This document shows positions 1 through 9,854 of a stretch of DNA of 47,605 nucleotides, piece after piece. Positions within the stretch are counted from its first letter, which is position 1; every line of letters starts with the position of its first letter. The DNA comes from a virus. Lineage: Duplodnaviria > Caudoviricetes. A program made the translations under genes and the position numbers. Location: positions 1 through 47,605 of the IMG/VR virus record IMGVR_UViG_3300027813_000022; one strand, written 5' to 3'. The notes beneath the pieces were generated by a model that did no database searches, had not been told where the DNA came from, and saw nothing but the letters and a program-made list of their open reading frames with translations.

Positions 1-12
1 TCAGTATCTTCA

Positions 13-339
13 CTAGTGATCCCTCCTACCGTCAAAGGCACAAACAAAATACAGTCCGTCCGGACCTGCGTGGACACGATGGAATACACCATCTTCGATC
101 AGTACCACATCACCTGCGGCTACGGCAAATTCTTTATCGTCTAACTCCATCCGACCAGTCCCAGTGATGAAGTAATACACTTCCTCTTGTCCTGGATGTT
201 TATGCCCAGAGGTGCTCTTTGCAGGATTCAACTCGGTTGAGCTGACCACAAGATTTTTAAGATGTGTGTTGTCCTTGACTATGTATCTTTGATCCTGCTT
301 GACGACACTGCCTCCTATGTCAGTTATATTGATTTTCAT
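13..339 (-). CDS. Cupin-domain protein (cupin_2 / mannose-6-phosphate-isomerase-like)
   Basis: Two-motif cupin signature: GHKHPGQEEVYYFITGTG ... GDVVLIEDGVFHRV. Confidence 0.85.
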   Translation of the reverse strand: MKINITDIGGSVVKQDQRYIVKDNTHLKNLVVSSTELNPAKSTSGHKHPGQEEVYYFITGTGRMELDDKEFAVAAGDVVLIEDGVFHRVHAGPDGLYFVCAFDGRRDH

Positions 340-716
340 TAGAAATCTATCCTTATTCCTAGTTGGTGATTGTCCCTTATCACATTGTAATTGTAAACTA
401 CGTTATACCCATGAAACAAGTTTCTATATCTCTGTGGTATCATTCTAGTTGCTTGATAGTGTACTAGTCCTCTCGCAATAAAGTAAGTCACTACTTCCGC
501 CTCACTAGGATGTTTGCCTAGTATCTTGTTTGTTTCGTAGTATTTGTCATTATTGGCAATCTCTAAAGTTTGCAACATGTCAATACCTTGCATCACATTA
601 AACAAAATAATGTTTGCTTTATCTACTTCTGTAAGATCCTCTTTGTAATATTTTTTTAAGTCTAGTGCATTTGCATTAGAACAAATTAGTAATAGAACTA
701 TTAGTAACTTTTTCAT
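339..716 (-). CDS. Hypothetical exported protein with N-terminal signal peptide
   Basis: MKKLLIVLLLICSNANA-L is a classical signal peptide (AxA site); overlaps both neighbours. Confidence 0.65.
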   Translation of the reverse strand: MKKLLIVLLLICSNANALDLKKYYKEDLTEVDKANIILFNVMQGIDMLQTLEIANNDKYYETNKILGKHPSEAEVVTYFIARGLVHYQATRMIPQRYRNLFHGYNVVYNYNVIRDNHQLGIRIDF

Positions 717-1360
717 TTTATTTTAAACCATCCTTTTGCTTTGTCCAATGCCTTTTCCCAATCTTCCAACGCAAGGTCATATTCAAAGTTTTGTGTTGTT
801 TCATTTACTTGTAATTTTTTTGCTCCGTTTTTAATGTGAAATTTTTCTGCCATTTCGGTAAGAGGAGAAAGTGTTACTAATCTATTGATATGAGGCGAGT
901 GTTTAACCATTTTGTACACTTCGTTAACCATGTGTTTTCCTCCACCTTTCTTTTTTGCCCATACTGTGTATGCTATTGCTATGTTGCCCTGTACACCTGC
1001 TCTGTGTACTGACTGCATACATGCATCTTTGCTCAGTGCTTCCATGTCTTCCACACTTGTTGGAATCTGATTTGTGAATGCAAAACACATAATAGCCGCT
1101 AATTCTCCTTGTTCGTCTTTTATGCCAAATATCTTTCTGCCATAAGACTTTCTAAACTCTAGGGTTAACTCTGGTCTCACTGGGTCTTCTGCACAGTCAA
1201 TAGTGTCAAGTTCTATTAGATCAAACGTTGGCTCTTTTTCTAACTTCTTTTTAGTGTATGATTGAAGTTTATCAAAACGATCAAACAGATCCGTTATAGA
1301 AGGATGTCCTTTCCATTTCTCAAGTGTCTCCTTGAGTTTATCTTTATTAAGTATGTCCAT
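713..1360 (-). CDS. GNAT-fold-like phage protein
   Basis: AIAYTVWAKKKGGGKHMV...RLVTLSPLTEMAEKFHIKNGA resembles GNAT motif A/B arrangement. Confidence 0.5.
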   Translation of the reverse strand: MDILNKDKLKETLEKWKGHPSITDLFDRFDKLQSYTKKKLEKEPTFDLIELDTIDCAEDPVRPELTLEFRKSYGRKIFGIKDEQGELAAIMCFAFTNQIPTSVEDMEALSKDACMQSVHRAGVQGNIAIAYTVWAKKKGGGKHMVNEVYKMVKHSPHINRLVTLSPLTEMAEKFHIKNGAKKLQVNETTQNFEYDLALEDWEKALDKAKGWFKIK

Positions 1361-1363
1361 TTC

Positions 1364-1468
1364 CTATTTGTATATAAACGGGTCTTTTTTCTTTAATTCT
1401 TTTAGTCTTTTACGATATGCAAGTTCTTGTTTTACTTTTGCAATAATCGATTTAATCCAATTAATCAT
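1364..1468 (-). CDS. Unannotated 34-aa basic peptide MINWIKSIIAKVKQELAYRKRLKELKKKDPFIYK
   Basis: Translated by hand: ATG at 1468, TAG at 1364-1366; strong Shine-Dalgarno (TAGGAGGAAAAG-ATG); fills the gap between neighbours. Confidence 0.75.
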   Translation of the reverse strand: MINWIKSIIAKVKQELAYRKRLKELKKKDPFIYK

Positions 1469-2264
1469 CTTTTCCTCCTATTAGTTTTTTAAAAGTAGGT
1501 AACATTAACATTGTAGCATCTTTATGGGCTTTGTCTAGTGGATGTGTGGTACCTTTTTCATAATCATTGAGTGTTGCCCATTGGTTAAATCCCATCATCC
1601 TTTCACCAAACGAAAACCATTTGGTAAAATCAATCTCATTATGCAGTGCAGTCATCAAAGGATCCTGATCCTTGTGCTGTTCAAACTCTTTGTAGAATAG
1701 ACTGTTGTCTGCCAGTGTGAACATGAATGGTATTTTCTTCTTTTCCAAAATGTTCTGTAACCAAATTATGCTCTTCCAACTTGTATAAGTTTCGTGGTAT
1801 TCGTTTGCACCATATCTGTATATGGCTTCGGCAAAAGGTTTCACTCCTGTTTCTACCATTAGGTCTGCTCTTCGTTTCCATTCTTCTTGTTGTCCTTCTG
1901 ACCCTGTTAATGCTTGATGTCTTTCATCGCTCGACATTGAGGTATCCCATGGAGAGATTGTGGCCCAACGTGTGTCTTCTAGTTCTCTGTGTCTGGGCAT
2001 GGCCCAATCGTATCGTGAATTGAAACTCCACATTACCACAACGCCTTCTACTTCTTTAAGATTTGCTACTGCGTTGAACACTCTACGTGCTATGCCTGAA
2101 TTGCCTGTGCCTGGTTTAGCAACACAAACACACTCTTCAGCTTTACTGTGTTTGTAAAGTTCATGTGCCCATGACTTTTCGCTAGGCTTTTTGCCTTTAT
2201 CATCATCTGACAGCTCTGAACCGTATGTGAAACTGCAACCGCCTACTATAAAATTTTTACTCAT
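1461..2264 (-). CDS. SGNH/GDSL hydrolase-like protein (possible acyl-esterase/transferase)
   Basis: N-terminal GGCSFTYG, block II PGTGN, C-terminal HP. Confidence 0.65.
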   Translation of the reverse strand: MSKNFIVGGCSFTYGSELSDDDKGKKPSEKSWAHELYKHSKAEECVCVAKPGTGNSGIARRVFNAVANLKEVEGVVVMWSFNSRYDWAMPRHRELEDTRWATISPWDTSMSSDERHQALTGSEGQQEEWKRRADLMVETGVKPFAEAIYRYGANEYHETYTSWKSIIWLQNILEKKKIPFMFTLADNSLFYKEFEQHKDQDPLMTALHNEIDFTKWFSFGERMMGFNQWATLNDYEKGTTHPLDKAHKDATMLMLPTFKKLIGGKDD

Positions 2265-3435
2265 ATATCTTTAGTATGTTATTTAAAAGTGGAAACATAT
2301 CTCCAAAATTTTCTTTCCTGTATGCATCTGTTTGTAGTATTCTTCTCTTTCTTTCTGCTCTTATCTCTGGTGTATCTCTGTCAGCGGCATTCATAAATCT
2401 TATGCTGGGTTGATAGTCTGTCAGCATACCATACCTATCCACTACTATGTCTTTGACCTGTTGTGGCAGTGTTTGAATATTAAACACATCTGGATCAAAG
2501 CAAGTGTTTACATAAAAAAACTTAGGTTGAAACTGTGCTACCCACAATGCCATTTTGGCCCAATTGAATACGTTGAATATATTCACTGTCGAACATATTT
2601 GAAAATCCATATTAGGAGTTTTCATTTCTTTAAACTTGACCAGATTTTGATTTACTTCTCGCCATTTAGCAGGATGTCTCTGATATTCAAAAGGCTCGCC
2701 CACATCATCAATACTAAACGCTACTTCAACATGTTTGAAACAACTCCATAGGTCAAATATTTCCTGTGGTGGTAGCTGTGTGCCATTTGTGTTGTAGTGT
2801 ATGTCTATATTCTTGGCATACCCTTTTTCAACACAGTGCATCAATATTTTAAAGTGATCTTTGATCATGAACGGTTCACCGCCTGTGAATTCAAAGTACT
2901 CCACATATTTTAGATCCTCCTGCAACTCCTCAAAAAATTGTGGGTTACGTTTTGGCCATCCGCCTTCCTTCAGTTGTTTTCTTGCCACAAGATTATCTCC
3001 ACCTTTGGCTGTTTCATAATCTATTTCTTCCTGAGCCCATTTTGAAGAACTCCACGATCCACATATTCTACATTTCAAATTACACACGTTGCCCAGCTTA
3101 AAGTCTATAAACTTTAGTGTTGGCTCGCTATTAGGTGTCCAGTCTGTTAAACTGCTACGCATTTTATAAATTGAGTTTTGCCTTTTAGATGTTTTGCCTG
3201 CATCTTCTTCTTGCCAACAGCTCTGACATCCTTTTGGACGTTCACCATTTCTAAACTGTGTTCTAAGATTGTCCATGTATTCTGTATCTTGTATAGACTT
3301 TAAACTTTGTTCGTACACTTTCACACCAGGCACACTGCCCTTGTACAAACAGCAAGGAGACGCACCGCCATTTACATCAACTTCTAAATGGTTCCACGGT
3401 AATGGGCATATGTTTGAATCTATATACTTGTCCAC
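2257..3435 (-). CDS. Radical SAM protein with N-terminal twitch/SPASM-half domain
   Basis: CPLPW..PCC..CQSC at the N-terminus; core CNLKCRIC and TGGEP, YNTNG. Confidence 0.9.
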   Translation of the reverse strand: MDKYIDSNICPLPWNHLEVDVNGGASPCCLYKGSVPGVKVYEQSLKSIQDTEYMDNLRTQFRNGERPKGCQSCWQEEDAGKTSKRQNSIYKMRSSLTDWTPNSEPTLKFIDFKLGNVCNLKCRICGSWSSSKWAQEEIDYETAKGGDNLVARKQLKEGGWPKRNPQFFEELQEDLKYVEYFEFTGGEPFMIKDHFKILMHCVEKGYAKNIDIHYNTNGTQLPPQEIFDLWSCFKHVEVAFSIDDVGEPFEYQRHPAKWREVNQNLVKFKEMKTPNMDFQICSTVNIFNVFNWAKMALWVAQFQPKFFYVNTCFDPDVFNIQTLPQQVKDIVVDRYGMLTDYQPSIRFMNAADRDTPEIRAERKRRILQTDAYRKENFGDMFPLLNNILKIYE

Positions 3436-4703
3436 CAGTCTAGTACCCTTTCATCTCTGCTTAATATTTTTGTTATATCCTGTCTTCTAATCTTATCAAT
3501 ACTTTCTTGTCTCTGTTTTCCTTTTTTGGTTGGCATAAAGGTTTCTCTATTTTTTAAGTTCTTTATTACGTCGATTAATGCTCTCTGTTTGTGTGAGGCA
3601 AGCGGTTCCATGTATGCTAGTGCTTCGTCAATAAGTGTGTGTAGCAGTTCTTTAGGCAGTGCTAGTGGACTTAGAATCTCATCATTGCTAAAAGTAAACA
3701 TAACTTTTGTTAATATCTCTGTGTCTAGCTCTCTGCTTAAATCAAACATGTTTTTAAGTTCTAGTAAACCGGGCATTGTAATCGTGTAATCTAATCTCAT
3801 CTCCCTGGTTGTCTTTGCAACTGCCATTCCTTCTTTGAAGTTGCGTAACCACTGTTCATAGTTTAATCCGTCCCTGATATACTCTCCAACTTCTCCTGTA
3901 CCGTCCAGTGATGAACATATCTGCCAGTCCTGGAACTGTGGCAGTAAGTCAAACAGTTTGGTTCCTTTGAATGATGTTCGACTTAGATTCGTGTTGTATC
4001 TCACATACACTTCTTTTGCAAATCCTAGTTCTATTATCCTCTGCATGGCTTTCCAGTGCATATCCCACATTAGGGGTTCACCACCGCACCAATATATTTC
4101 TTTTATTGTTTTTGTTTCTACTGCTTCAACAAACTCCTGTACGACCTGTGTGTCTTGAAACTTTATGATCTGTTCTCTTAAAGGTGACGCCATCCATGGT
4201 TGTGATTCTTTAGTCCATGTTTTGTTCTTCCTAGATTCTGCTTCCCAACTACTACTCAGCATGTCGCCACACATTCTACATTTAAAGTTGCATAGGTTGT
4301 TGAATCTGTAATCAAAACTGATAGTTTGCATTGTGGTCGCACCGGTCTCATCTGTGCTGTCGTATGCTTCGTCTACCCTGTCTTTGAACAGTTGATTCCA
4401 ATATGATCTATATACATCAGTGTTTAACAGTTTGTGATCACATACTTGACATTCTGGTAGTTCTTCCCCTGCCATCATACGCAGTCTAACAGATTTCATA
4501 TGCTCTGAATTCCAGTGTTCTTTCAGTGTTAGTGGTTTATATTCCTTAGCATCATTGCCTGTGTCTATGTATTGCTTGAAACTTTGTGCAGGCTCTCTGG
4601 ATGCACAACACATACGTCTTTCTGTTTGAGGTGAAAGGTATGTGTGCGTCCATGGCGCCATACAGAATGTTTTGTTACCTTCGCTGGGCTTAATTCTTTT
4701 CAT
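3420..4703 (-). CDS. Radical SAM protein with N-terminal twitch domain (start moved to ATG at 4703, MKRIKPSEGNK)
   Basis: CMAPW..MCC..CQVC; CNFKCRMC; GGEP; a start at 4703 gives a short overlap like the rest of the operon. Confidence 0.88.
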   Translation of the reverse strand: MKRIKPSEGNKTFCMAPWTHTYLSPQTERRMCCASREPAQSFKQYIDTGNDAKEYKPLTLKEHWNSEHMKSVRLRMMAGEELPECQVCDHKLLNTDVYRSYWNQLFKDRVDEAYDSTDETGATTMQTISFDYRFNNLCNFKCRMCGDMLSSSWEAESRKNKTWTKESQPWMASPLREQIIKFQDTQVVQEFVEAVETKTIKEIYWCGGEPLMWDMHWKAMQRIIELGFAKEVYVRYNTNLSRTSFKGTKLFDLLPQFQDWQICSSLDGTGEVGEYIRDGLNYEQWLRNFKEGMAVAKTTREMRLDYTITMPGLLELKNMFDLSRELDTEILTKVMFTFSNDEILSPLALPKELLHTLIDEALAYMEPLASHKQRALIDVIKNLKNRETFMPTKKGKQRQESIDKIRRQDITKILSRDERVLDWWTSI

Positions 4704-5982
4704 ACTGTGCAAATAATTCTTTCCATTCGGGGAATACATCAGTAAAATTCTCATCTCTAATTTTATCGTACTTTCTTGTTTCTCCCACAAACGTTGGCAA
4801 ATGACGAGTCATATCTTTTTTGTTCATCCAGTCTAGTGCAGATTCGAATCCTTTAGATGCTCTTGTTAAGTGATCCTGTGATTTTAACCATTCTATATGT
4901 TCTTTATATTTTGCAGTAACTTTTTCTTTTTCATTCTGTGGTAGTAAATCCATACGTTGCCACATCGGGTACTGTAATAGATTAAAGTTAAAGTCTTGAG
5001 GTTTAATAAATCCTTTTTCTACCCAACTTTTATGGAAGTCTAAAACGTGTAAGCAATTCGATAATCCAACTGTTGCAGAAATATAAAAGTCTACCTGTGG
5101 ACAAACTTCCAACATTCGTTTTCTGTTTGCTACTGTTTCTTCCCATACAGTACCTTTACGCATAAGTTCTGCTCTAGGTCCTTCTGCATCTAAACTTGCA
5201 CCAATTGATACTGAATCAAATTTGTTCCATAATTCAAATATATCTGTGCCTTTAAAATGAGATTTACTGAAGTTTGTGTTGTAAATCAATCTCACATGAT
5301 ACATTTTACGTTTGTCTAATTCTTTTAAGATCCTTAAGTGCTCTTCCATAATAATCGGTTCACCGCCTGCAAAGTAAAACTGTTCCACATGATCAAACTG
5401 TTCTAGTAATTGATCCCATATGTCATTGCCGCTTCTGCCTGCTTTCATAATCTTTGCATGATTAGGTGGAGCTCCTGTAAGTTTCTTGTGGTCTTCATAC
5501 CAATTTGAACTGAACCAAGTACCGCAACTTCTACAAGCCATGTTACATAGGTTTGAAAAACGTATATCCCAATACTTTATTATAAAGTCTGCTGTGCCGT
5601 CTGGTTTTGTGTTCTCTGTCATGCTTATGTTGTGTCCAAAGTGTTTGTTTGAACTTAGACGCAGTGAAAAGAATCCTGAATCTTCTTGATCATAGCATTT
5701 TGCACATTCTCTGGATTTCTTATTGGCTAACATGTTCAAACGCATCTGCTTCATCTTAGGACCATTGAATACTTCTTCCATCGATTGTTCGTTTACGTTC
5801 CCAACATGGAGTTTATCTAGTGCGAAACAACAAGGGTATGCTCTACCATCTGGAAATGCATGAAGGTGCATCCATGGTAACATACAAAAGTTATCACTTT
5901 CTATCAACAACTCTTTTTCTCTAGGAGTCATGTCTTTGATCTTTAGTTTCTCAGGCTCTTTAGCCCCATACTCATATGCCAT
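4690..5982 (-). CDS. Radical SAM protein with N-terminal twitch domain
   Basis: CMLPW..PCC..CAKC; CNMACRSC; AGGEP; YNTN. Confidence 0.9.
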   Translation of the reverse strand: MAYEYGAKEPEKLKIKDMTPREKELLIESDNFCMLPWMHLHAFPDGRAYPCCFALDKLHVGNVNEQSMEEVFNGPKMKQMRLNMLANKKSRECAKCYDQEDSGFFSLRLSSNKHFGHNISMTENTKPDGTADFIIKYWDIRFSNLCNMACRSCGTWFSSNWYEDHKKLTGAPPNHAKIMKAGRSGNDIWDQLLEQFDHVEQFYFAGGEPIIMEEHLRILKELDKRKMYHVRLIYNTNFSKSHFKGTDIFELWNKFDSVSIGASLDAEGPRAELMRKGTVWEETVANRKRMLEVCPQVDFYISATVGLSNCLHVLDFHKSWVEKGFIKPQDFNFNLLQYPMWQRMDLLPQNEKEKVTAKYKEHIEWLKSQDHLTRASKGFESALDWMNKKDMTRHLPTFVGETRKYDKIRDENFTDVFPEWKELFAQYEKN

Positions 5983-7315
5983 TGTACCATTCTCCTATTA
6001 TTGGAAAAGTCTTTGCAAAGTCTTTTCCTGAACGTTTGTCGTATTGACTGTAAAATGCTTTAAAGTCTTTTTGTAGTTTACTCTGTTCGGCCGCACCTGC
6101 GTGTGGTGTTTTAACAACATCTAGATAGTCAATTAATCGTTGTGTTTGATTTACTTCCATGTGTTCTAAATGTTTCTCATTACTATTTAAAAACTTTACC
6201 AAGTCACCCTTAAATTTATTTCTTAGGTCGTCGGGTAGTACAAGCGGTGATTGGAAGCTCGGAAACCGTAATATATTCAATGTGAAGTTAACCTTTGGTC
6301 CATAAACTTTACTGGCACTCTTGAACCATACTATCTTCTCTAAAAGTTCGGGCAACGACTCTAAACACAATGCATTTATAGTACACATATTGTGAATCTC
6401 TGATGGTACTTTATCAACCATCATATGTAAGAAATTTGAGAACCATTCGCCGTAATCTAATCCGTCTCTGATGTATTCTCCTTGTTTGTGTGTTGCTTCC
6501 ATGCTGGTATACAGATGAAAGTTTTTAAATCCTTTAAGTTTTGTTTTAAATCTATCAATAATACTCTGCTTTGCACCCAAATTAGAGTTAATTGCAATAC
6601 GCATATCGGGATTCATTTTGTCTCCCTGTGTTTCTATCCAATCTAGTAGTCTCCATAAATTAGGTGACATCATAGGTTCTCCGCCTGTTATTCTTAATTC
6701 ATCTAAACTTTTGTGTAGGTCTGTTTCCCACCATTTGTAGAATGCTTCAACGTAAGGATTTGTTTCATCTTTTTTGTATGGCTCTGCACTTTCATGACTG
6801 TGAGTAAAGTGATTACGTCCGTCAGTTACCATGTCTGTGTATGGTCCTTGCCTTTTAATGTTGTTTGCCCATGTAGAACTAAATGCAGGATTACAATATG
6901 TACAAGCAAAGTTACAAGTCCTATCAAATGCTATTTCTAATGTTTTAAGATTTACGTCTGTGTTAGGATCAGTTTTGTGTGCATAGTCTAATGCTTCATT
7001 TGTAAATATCTTTGATTTGTAAACCCTATCACTAATATTGTCTCTGTTAATATCTTCTATCTTCCAACAGTACTCACAGCCTTTGGGTCTATCTCCGCAC
7101 TGCATTTGTTTACGTTCTGCTTTCTTCTGTACTGTGTTGTGTATTGCACTTGGATTTGTTTTTATTGCTTCTAGATCTATCTTATGCGGAAGTGGGTGAT
7201 GACAACTTGTGGTCATTCCACTACCTAACCATATAGTCGCATTATACCATTTGGCTCCGCAGAAACTTGCACTCTTTGGATCCAGTATTTGTTTTTTATA
7301 TTCTAAATCATTCAT
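5972..7315 (-). CDS. Radical SAM protein, N-terminal twitch variant (SCHHP)
   Basis: CGAKW..SCHHP..CEYCW; CNFACTYC; TGGEP. Confidence 0.9.
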   Translation of the reverse strand: MNDLEYKKQILDPKSASFCGAKWYNATIWLGSGMTTSCHHPLPHKIDLEAIKTNPSAIHNTVQKKAERKQMQCGDRPKGCEYCWKIEDINRDNISDRVYKSKIFTNEALDYAHKTDPNTDVNLKTLEIAFDRTCNFACTYCNPAFSSTWANNIKRQGPYTDMVTDGRNHFTHSHESAEPYKKDETNPYVEAFYKWWETDLHKSLDELRITGGEPMMSPNLWRLLDWIETQGDKMNPDMRIAINSNLGAKQSIIDRFKTKLKGFKNFHLYTSMEATHKQGEYIRDGLDYGEWFSNFLHMMVDKVPSEIHNMCTINALCLESLPELLEKIVWFKSASKVYGPKVNFTLNILRFPSFQSPLVLPDDLRNKFKGDLVKFLNSNEKHLEHMEVNQTQRLIDYLDVVKTPHAGAAEQSKLQKDFKAFYSQYDKRSGKDFAKTFPIIGEWYNGI

Positions 7316-8684
7316 TTGCGTTTTTGCACTCCACCCAAAATTCTTCCATCTCGGGAAATGTGTTTAAAAATCTAGTAGTACGTCTTCGATCGTGTTCGTT
7401 AAAAAATGCGTAAAAATCTTTTTTATTTTGCTTACTTGCGTCTGCGTTTTTTTGCCAGTAAGCTAGATTGCGTTGCATTTTTTGAATTTCGAAGTCTTTG
7501 AATATGTGTAGCCCGTTATCCTCTCCGGAATTGTCCTGCATGTATTTAATGTTGTCCTTGTGTATGTCTTGGTATGACTCTGGTAGCATTGTGATCTGTT
7601 GCCATGCAGGTTGTCTTAAAAGCGGTACGTCAAACCATACCCTCTGATAGGTTGTGCTGTATTTGGTACGCAGTTCCAGTATCTTCTCTAACAGCTTGTC
7701 CATACTTGTTATGCTTAAATTGTTGTATGTGCATATGAACGTTATTGAATTCCGCACAGGAATACGCTCTAAGAATTCTTCCACATTGTCCATCATATAG
7801 TTAAAGTCTAATCCATTACGTATATACTCTGCTCGTTTGCCCCACGCATCCACTGAAACAAACTGCATCATGTGTTCCACTTTCTCTTCCATGCATATAT
7901 TCTGTGCCATGTTGTAATACTTGGCTTTTAGTTTTTTGTCTGGAGGACACATATTGCTGGTTACGTTTAGATGTAGGTCTTTTTTGGGGTGGTCCATTAT
8001 GTATTGGAATACTTTGTATGTGTTAACATCCATCATAGGTTCTCCGCCTGTCATACGGAAGTGTTTCAAGTTCTTGTACAGAGTAGGCCACCACTTCCAA
8101 AAAGCAGTAACATAAGGATTTTCTTCTCTGTTGGGTATTGGACGTCTTCTACCCTGAAAGTGTTCAGGAGCATTGTGCGGAGTAGTTGTGGGATATGCCC
8201 CATACCTGTCCGTTTCTTTGCCCCAAGCAGTGGAAAACTGCGGCGAACAGTAACTACACTTGAAATTACAAGCGTTGTTAAAATTAACTTCCACATACCT
8301 GGGTGTCCAACGTTCGTCCATTGGATTCTGTCGTATTGTTTCAAAGTCTTGCATGGCCCATGGTTCACCGGATCTGTACTGTCTGTCTGACATTTCTCCA
8401 GTGTCCTCTAGCTTCCAGCAATATGAGCAACCCTCGGGTCGCACGCCTTTGAGCATTTGTGATCTTTGTTCTAGTTTCTCTGCGGTGTTGTGCAGTGCCG
8501 CAGGATTATCCGCAAGTTTAGTAGGATCTATCTGATGCAGTGGCGGGTGATAGCAACTGTTTGTTAGTCCTGTGGGCAAGTGTAAAGATGTTTGGTTCCA
8601 TTTGGCCAGACACATGGTAGGCGAAACGCTGTCCAATTTTTCTCTGGCTTCTAATGCATCTGATTTATAATCACTTGTACTCAC
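7308..8684 (-). CDS. Radical SAM protein, N-terminal twitch variant (SCYHP)
   Basis: CLAKW..SCYHP..CSYCW; CNFKCSYC; TGGEP. Confidence 0.9.
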   Translation of the reverse strand: MSTSDYKSDALEAREKLDSVSPTMCLAKWNQTSLHLPTGLTNSCYHPPLHQIDPTKLADNPAALHNTAEKLEQRSQMLKGVRPEGCSYCWKLEDTGEMSDRQYRSGEPWAMQDFETIRQNPMDERWTPRYVEVNFNNACNFKCSYCSPQFSTAWGKETDRYGAYPTTTPHNAPEHFQGRRRPIPNREENPYVTAFWKWWPTLYKNLKHFRMTGGEPMMDVNTYKVFQYIMDHPKKDLHLNVTSNMCPPDKKLKAKYYNMAQNICMEEKVEHMMQFVSVDAWGKRAEYIRNGLDFNYMMDNVEEFLERIPVRNSITFICTYNNLSITSMDKLLEKILELRTKYSTTYQRVWFDVPLLRQPAWQQITMLPESYQDIHKDNIKYMQDNSGEDNGLHIFKDFEIQKMQRNLAYWQKNADASKQNKKDFYAFFNEHDRRRTTRFLNTFPEMEEFWVECKNANE

Positions 8685-9570
8685 GATCTTGCACTCCTGT
8701 ATTCTTGTGTGGTGGATATATAAATTTCATAAATTTACTTTGACTCTCGTCTAATTCTGCCACGGGTAAATCAATTCTCTGTCTTATGCTCTCACCATAC
8801 AGTTTTAAATCCTCATCAATTTTTTTAGGTATCACAGCATTCTCATATAGGTCTACCATTTTGTCTAAGTCTCTGACCTGTATCCATTCTTTGGTATCTA
8901 TCGTTGTGGCATAGCAACCCATTCTTGCACCCAACATGGCATACTTGCCATTGTGTATGTCAGCACCCACAGTCATCCACGTGCTGAGAATTCTTAAATT
9001 TGGTCCCCATATGGTTTTCATAAAATCTTCTGGCTTGATGTGTTCGCCTTGGTTCAAACTCATTTTAACACCTTCCCTATATCCTGCTATCCAGGCTTGG
9101 AAAGGTTCACTGTTTATCACACTTGTGGAATAACAGTTGTGCAGGTTTTCATGTTTTACTGTCCAACAAAAATCTATCTCTGCTTTTTTGTCTTTGGCGT
9201 TTTCGTGTGTGTGCATGTTGAGGCAAGTTTCTTTGTCCCACCCAACTAAACCGCCATTGCCATAAACAAGGCCGTTGATACTGTTTTTTGCTCTCCATCT
9301 GTGTACTGCTTTTCTATCTGTTTTTTCAAAGTCTAGTGTTTGTAGTAAGAACGTTTCATCAATAATATTATCACCGTCCACACTAATAAAGAAATCTGTT
9401 TCTGCTGTTTCTGCCGCGGCCTTGTGTGCTGAATCAAATCCTTTTACACCGTCAACACGTTTTGCCCATGGTACCTTGTTCTTGAGGTTAGCCCAATTCT
9501 CTTCTTTATTGGGTTCCATGTAGCTGATGTACACAAAATCTAAATCACTTATTCTGTATCTATTTGCCAT
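8671..9570 (-). CDS. GT-A-fold glycosyltransferase-like protein
   Basis: FISVDGDN DxD motif after a hydrophobic strand, preceded by AHKAAA helix; YGNGG downstream. Confidence 0.65.
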   Translation of the reverse strand: MANRYRISDLDFVYISYMEPNKEENWANLKNKVPWAKRVDGVKGFDSAHKAAAETAETDFFISVDGDNIIDETFLLQTLDFEKTDRKAVHRWRAKNSINGLVYGNGGLVGWDKETCLNMHTHENAKDKKAEIDFCWTVKHENLHNCYSTSVINSEPFQAWIAGYREGVKMSLNQGEHIKPEDFMKTIWGPNLRILSTWMTVGADIHNGKYAMLGARMGCYATTIDTKEWIQVRDLDKMVDLYENAVIPKKIDEDLKLYGESIRQRIDLPVAELDESQSKFMKFIYPPHKNTGVQDREYK

Positions 9571-9854
9571 GCAAAGCCTTCCTCTACTATGTCTTTGGGA
9601 TAATATGGATCGTTGTCATAAAAATTATAACCTTTGTCTGCTTTTCGTAGTTGCGGATACACAATGCCAACTTTGGGTTTTGGTTTCAAAACAAACTCTG
9701 TTGCTGACTTCCATTTGTAAGCATCTTCTCCATTACGCATTACTTCTAATTTCTTTTCCAGTGTTACAACCATACTTTGACCTGCTATGGTCACTGTGTG
9801 AACCTTCTCTTTGATAGGTTCTAGGTTTTTCATTGCCTCAAAAAATCCTGGCAT
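9549..9854 (-). CDS. Hypothetical protein
   Basis: 101-aa ORF overlapping both neighbours in the operon. Confidence 0.65.
   Translation of the reverse strand: MPGFFEAMKNLEPIKEKVHTVTIAGQSMVVTLEKKLEVMRNGEDAYKWKSATEFVLKPKPKVGIVYPQLRKADKGYNFYDNDPYYPKDIVEEGFAWQIDTE

Noticed and set aside
1-13. GTG-AAG-ATA-CTG (MKIL..) overlapping the cupin stop, a possible next Rossmann-type gene
   Set aside because: Only four codons visible; cannot be supported
4704-4790. N-terminal extension of ORF 3420..4790
   Set aside because: Overlaps the upstream rSAM by about 100 nt; the paralogue pattern favours the ATG at 4703
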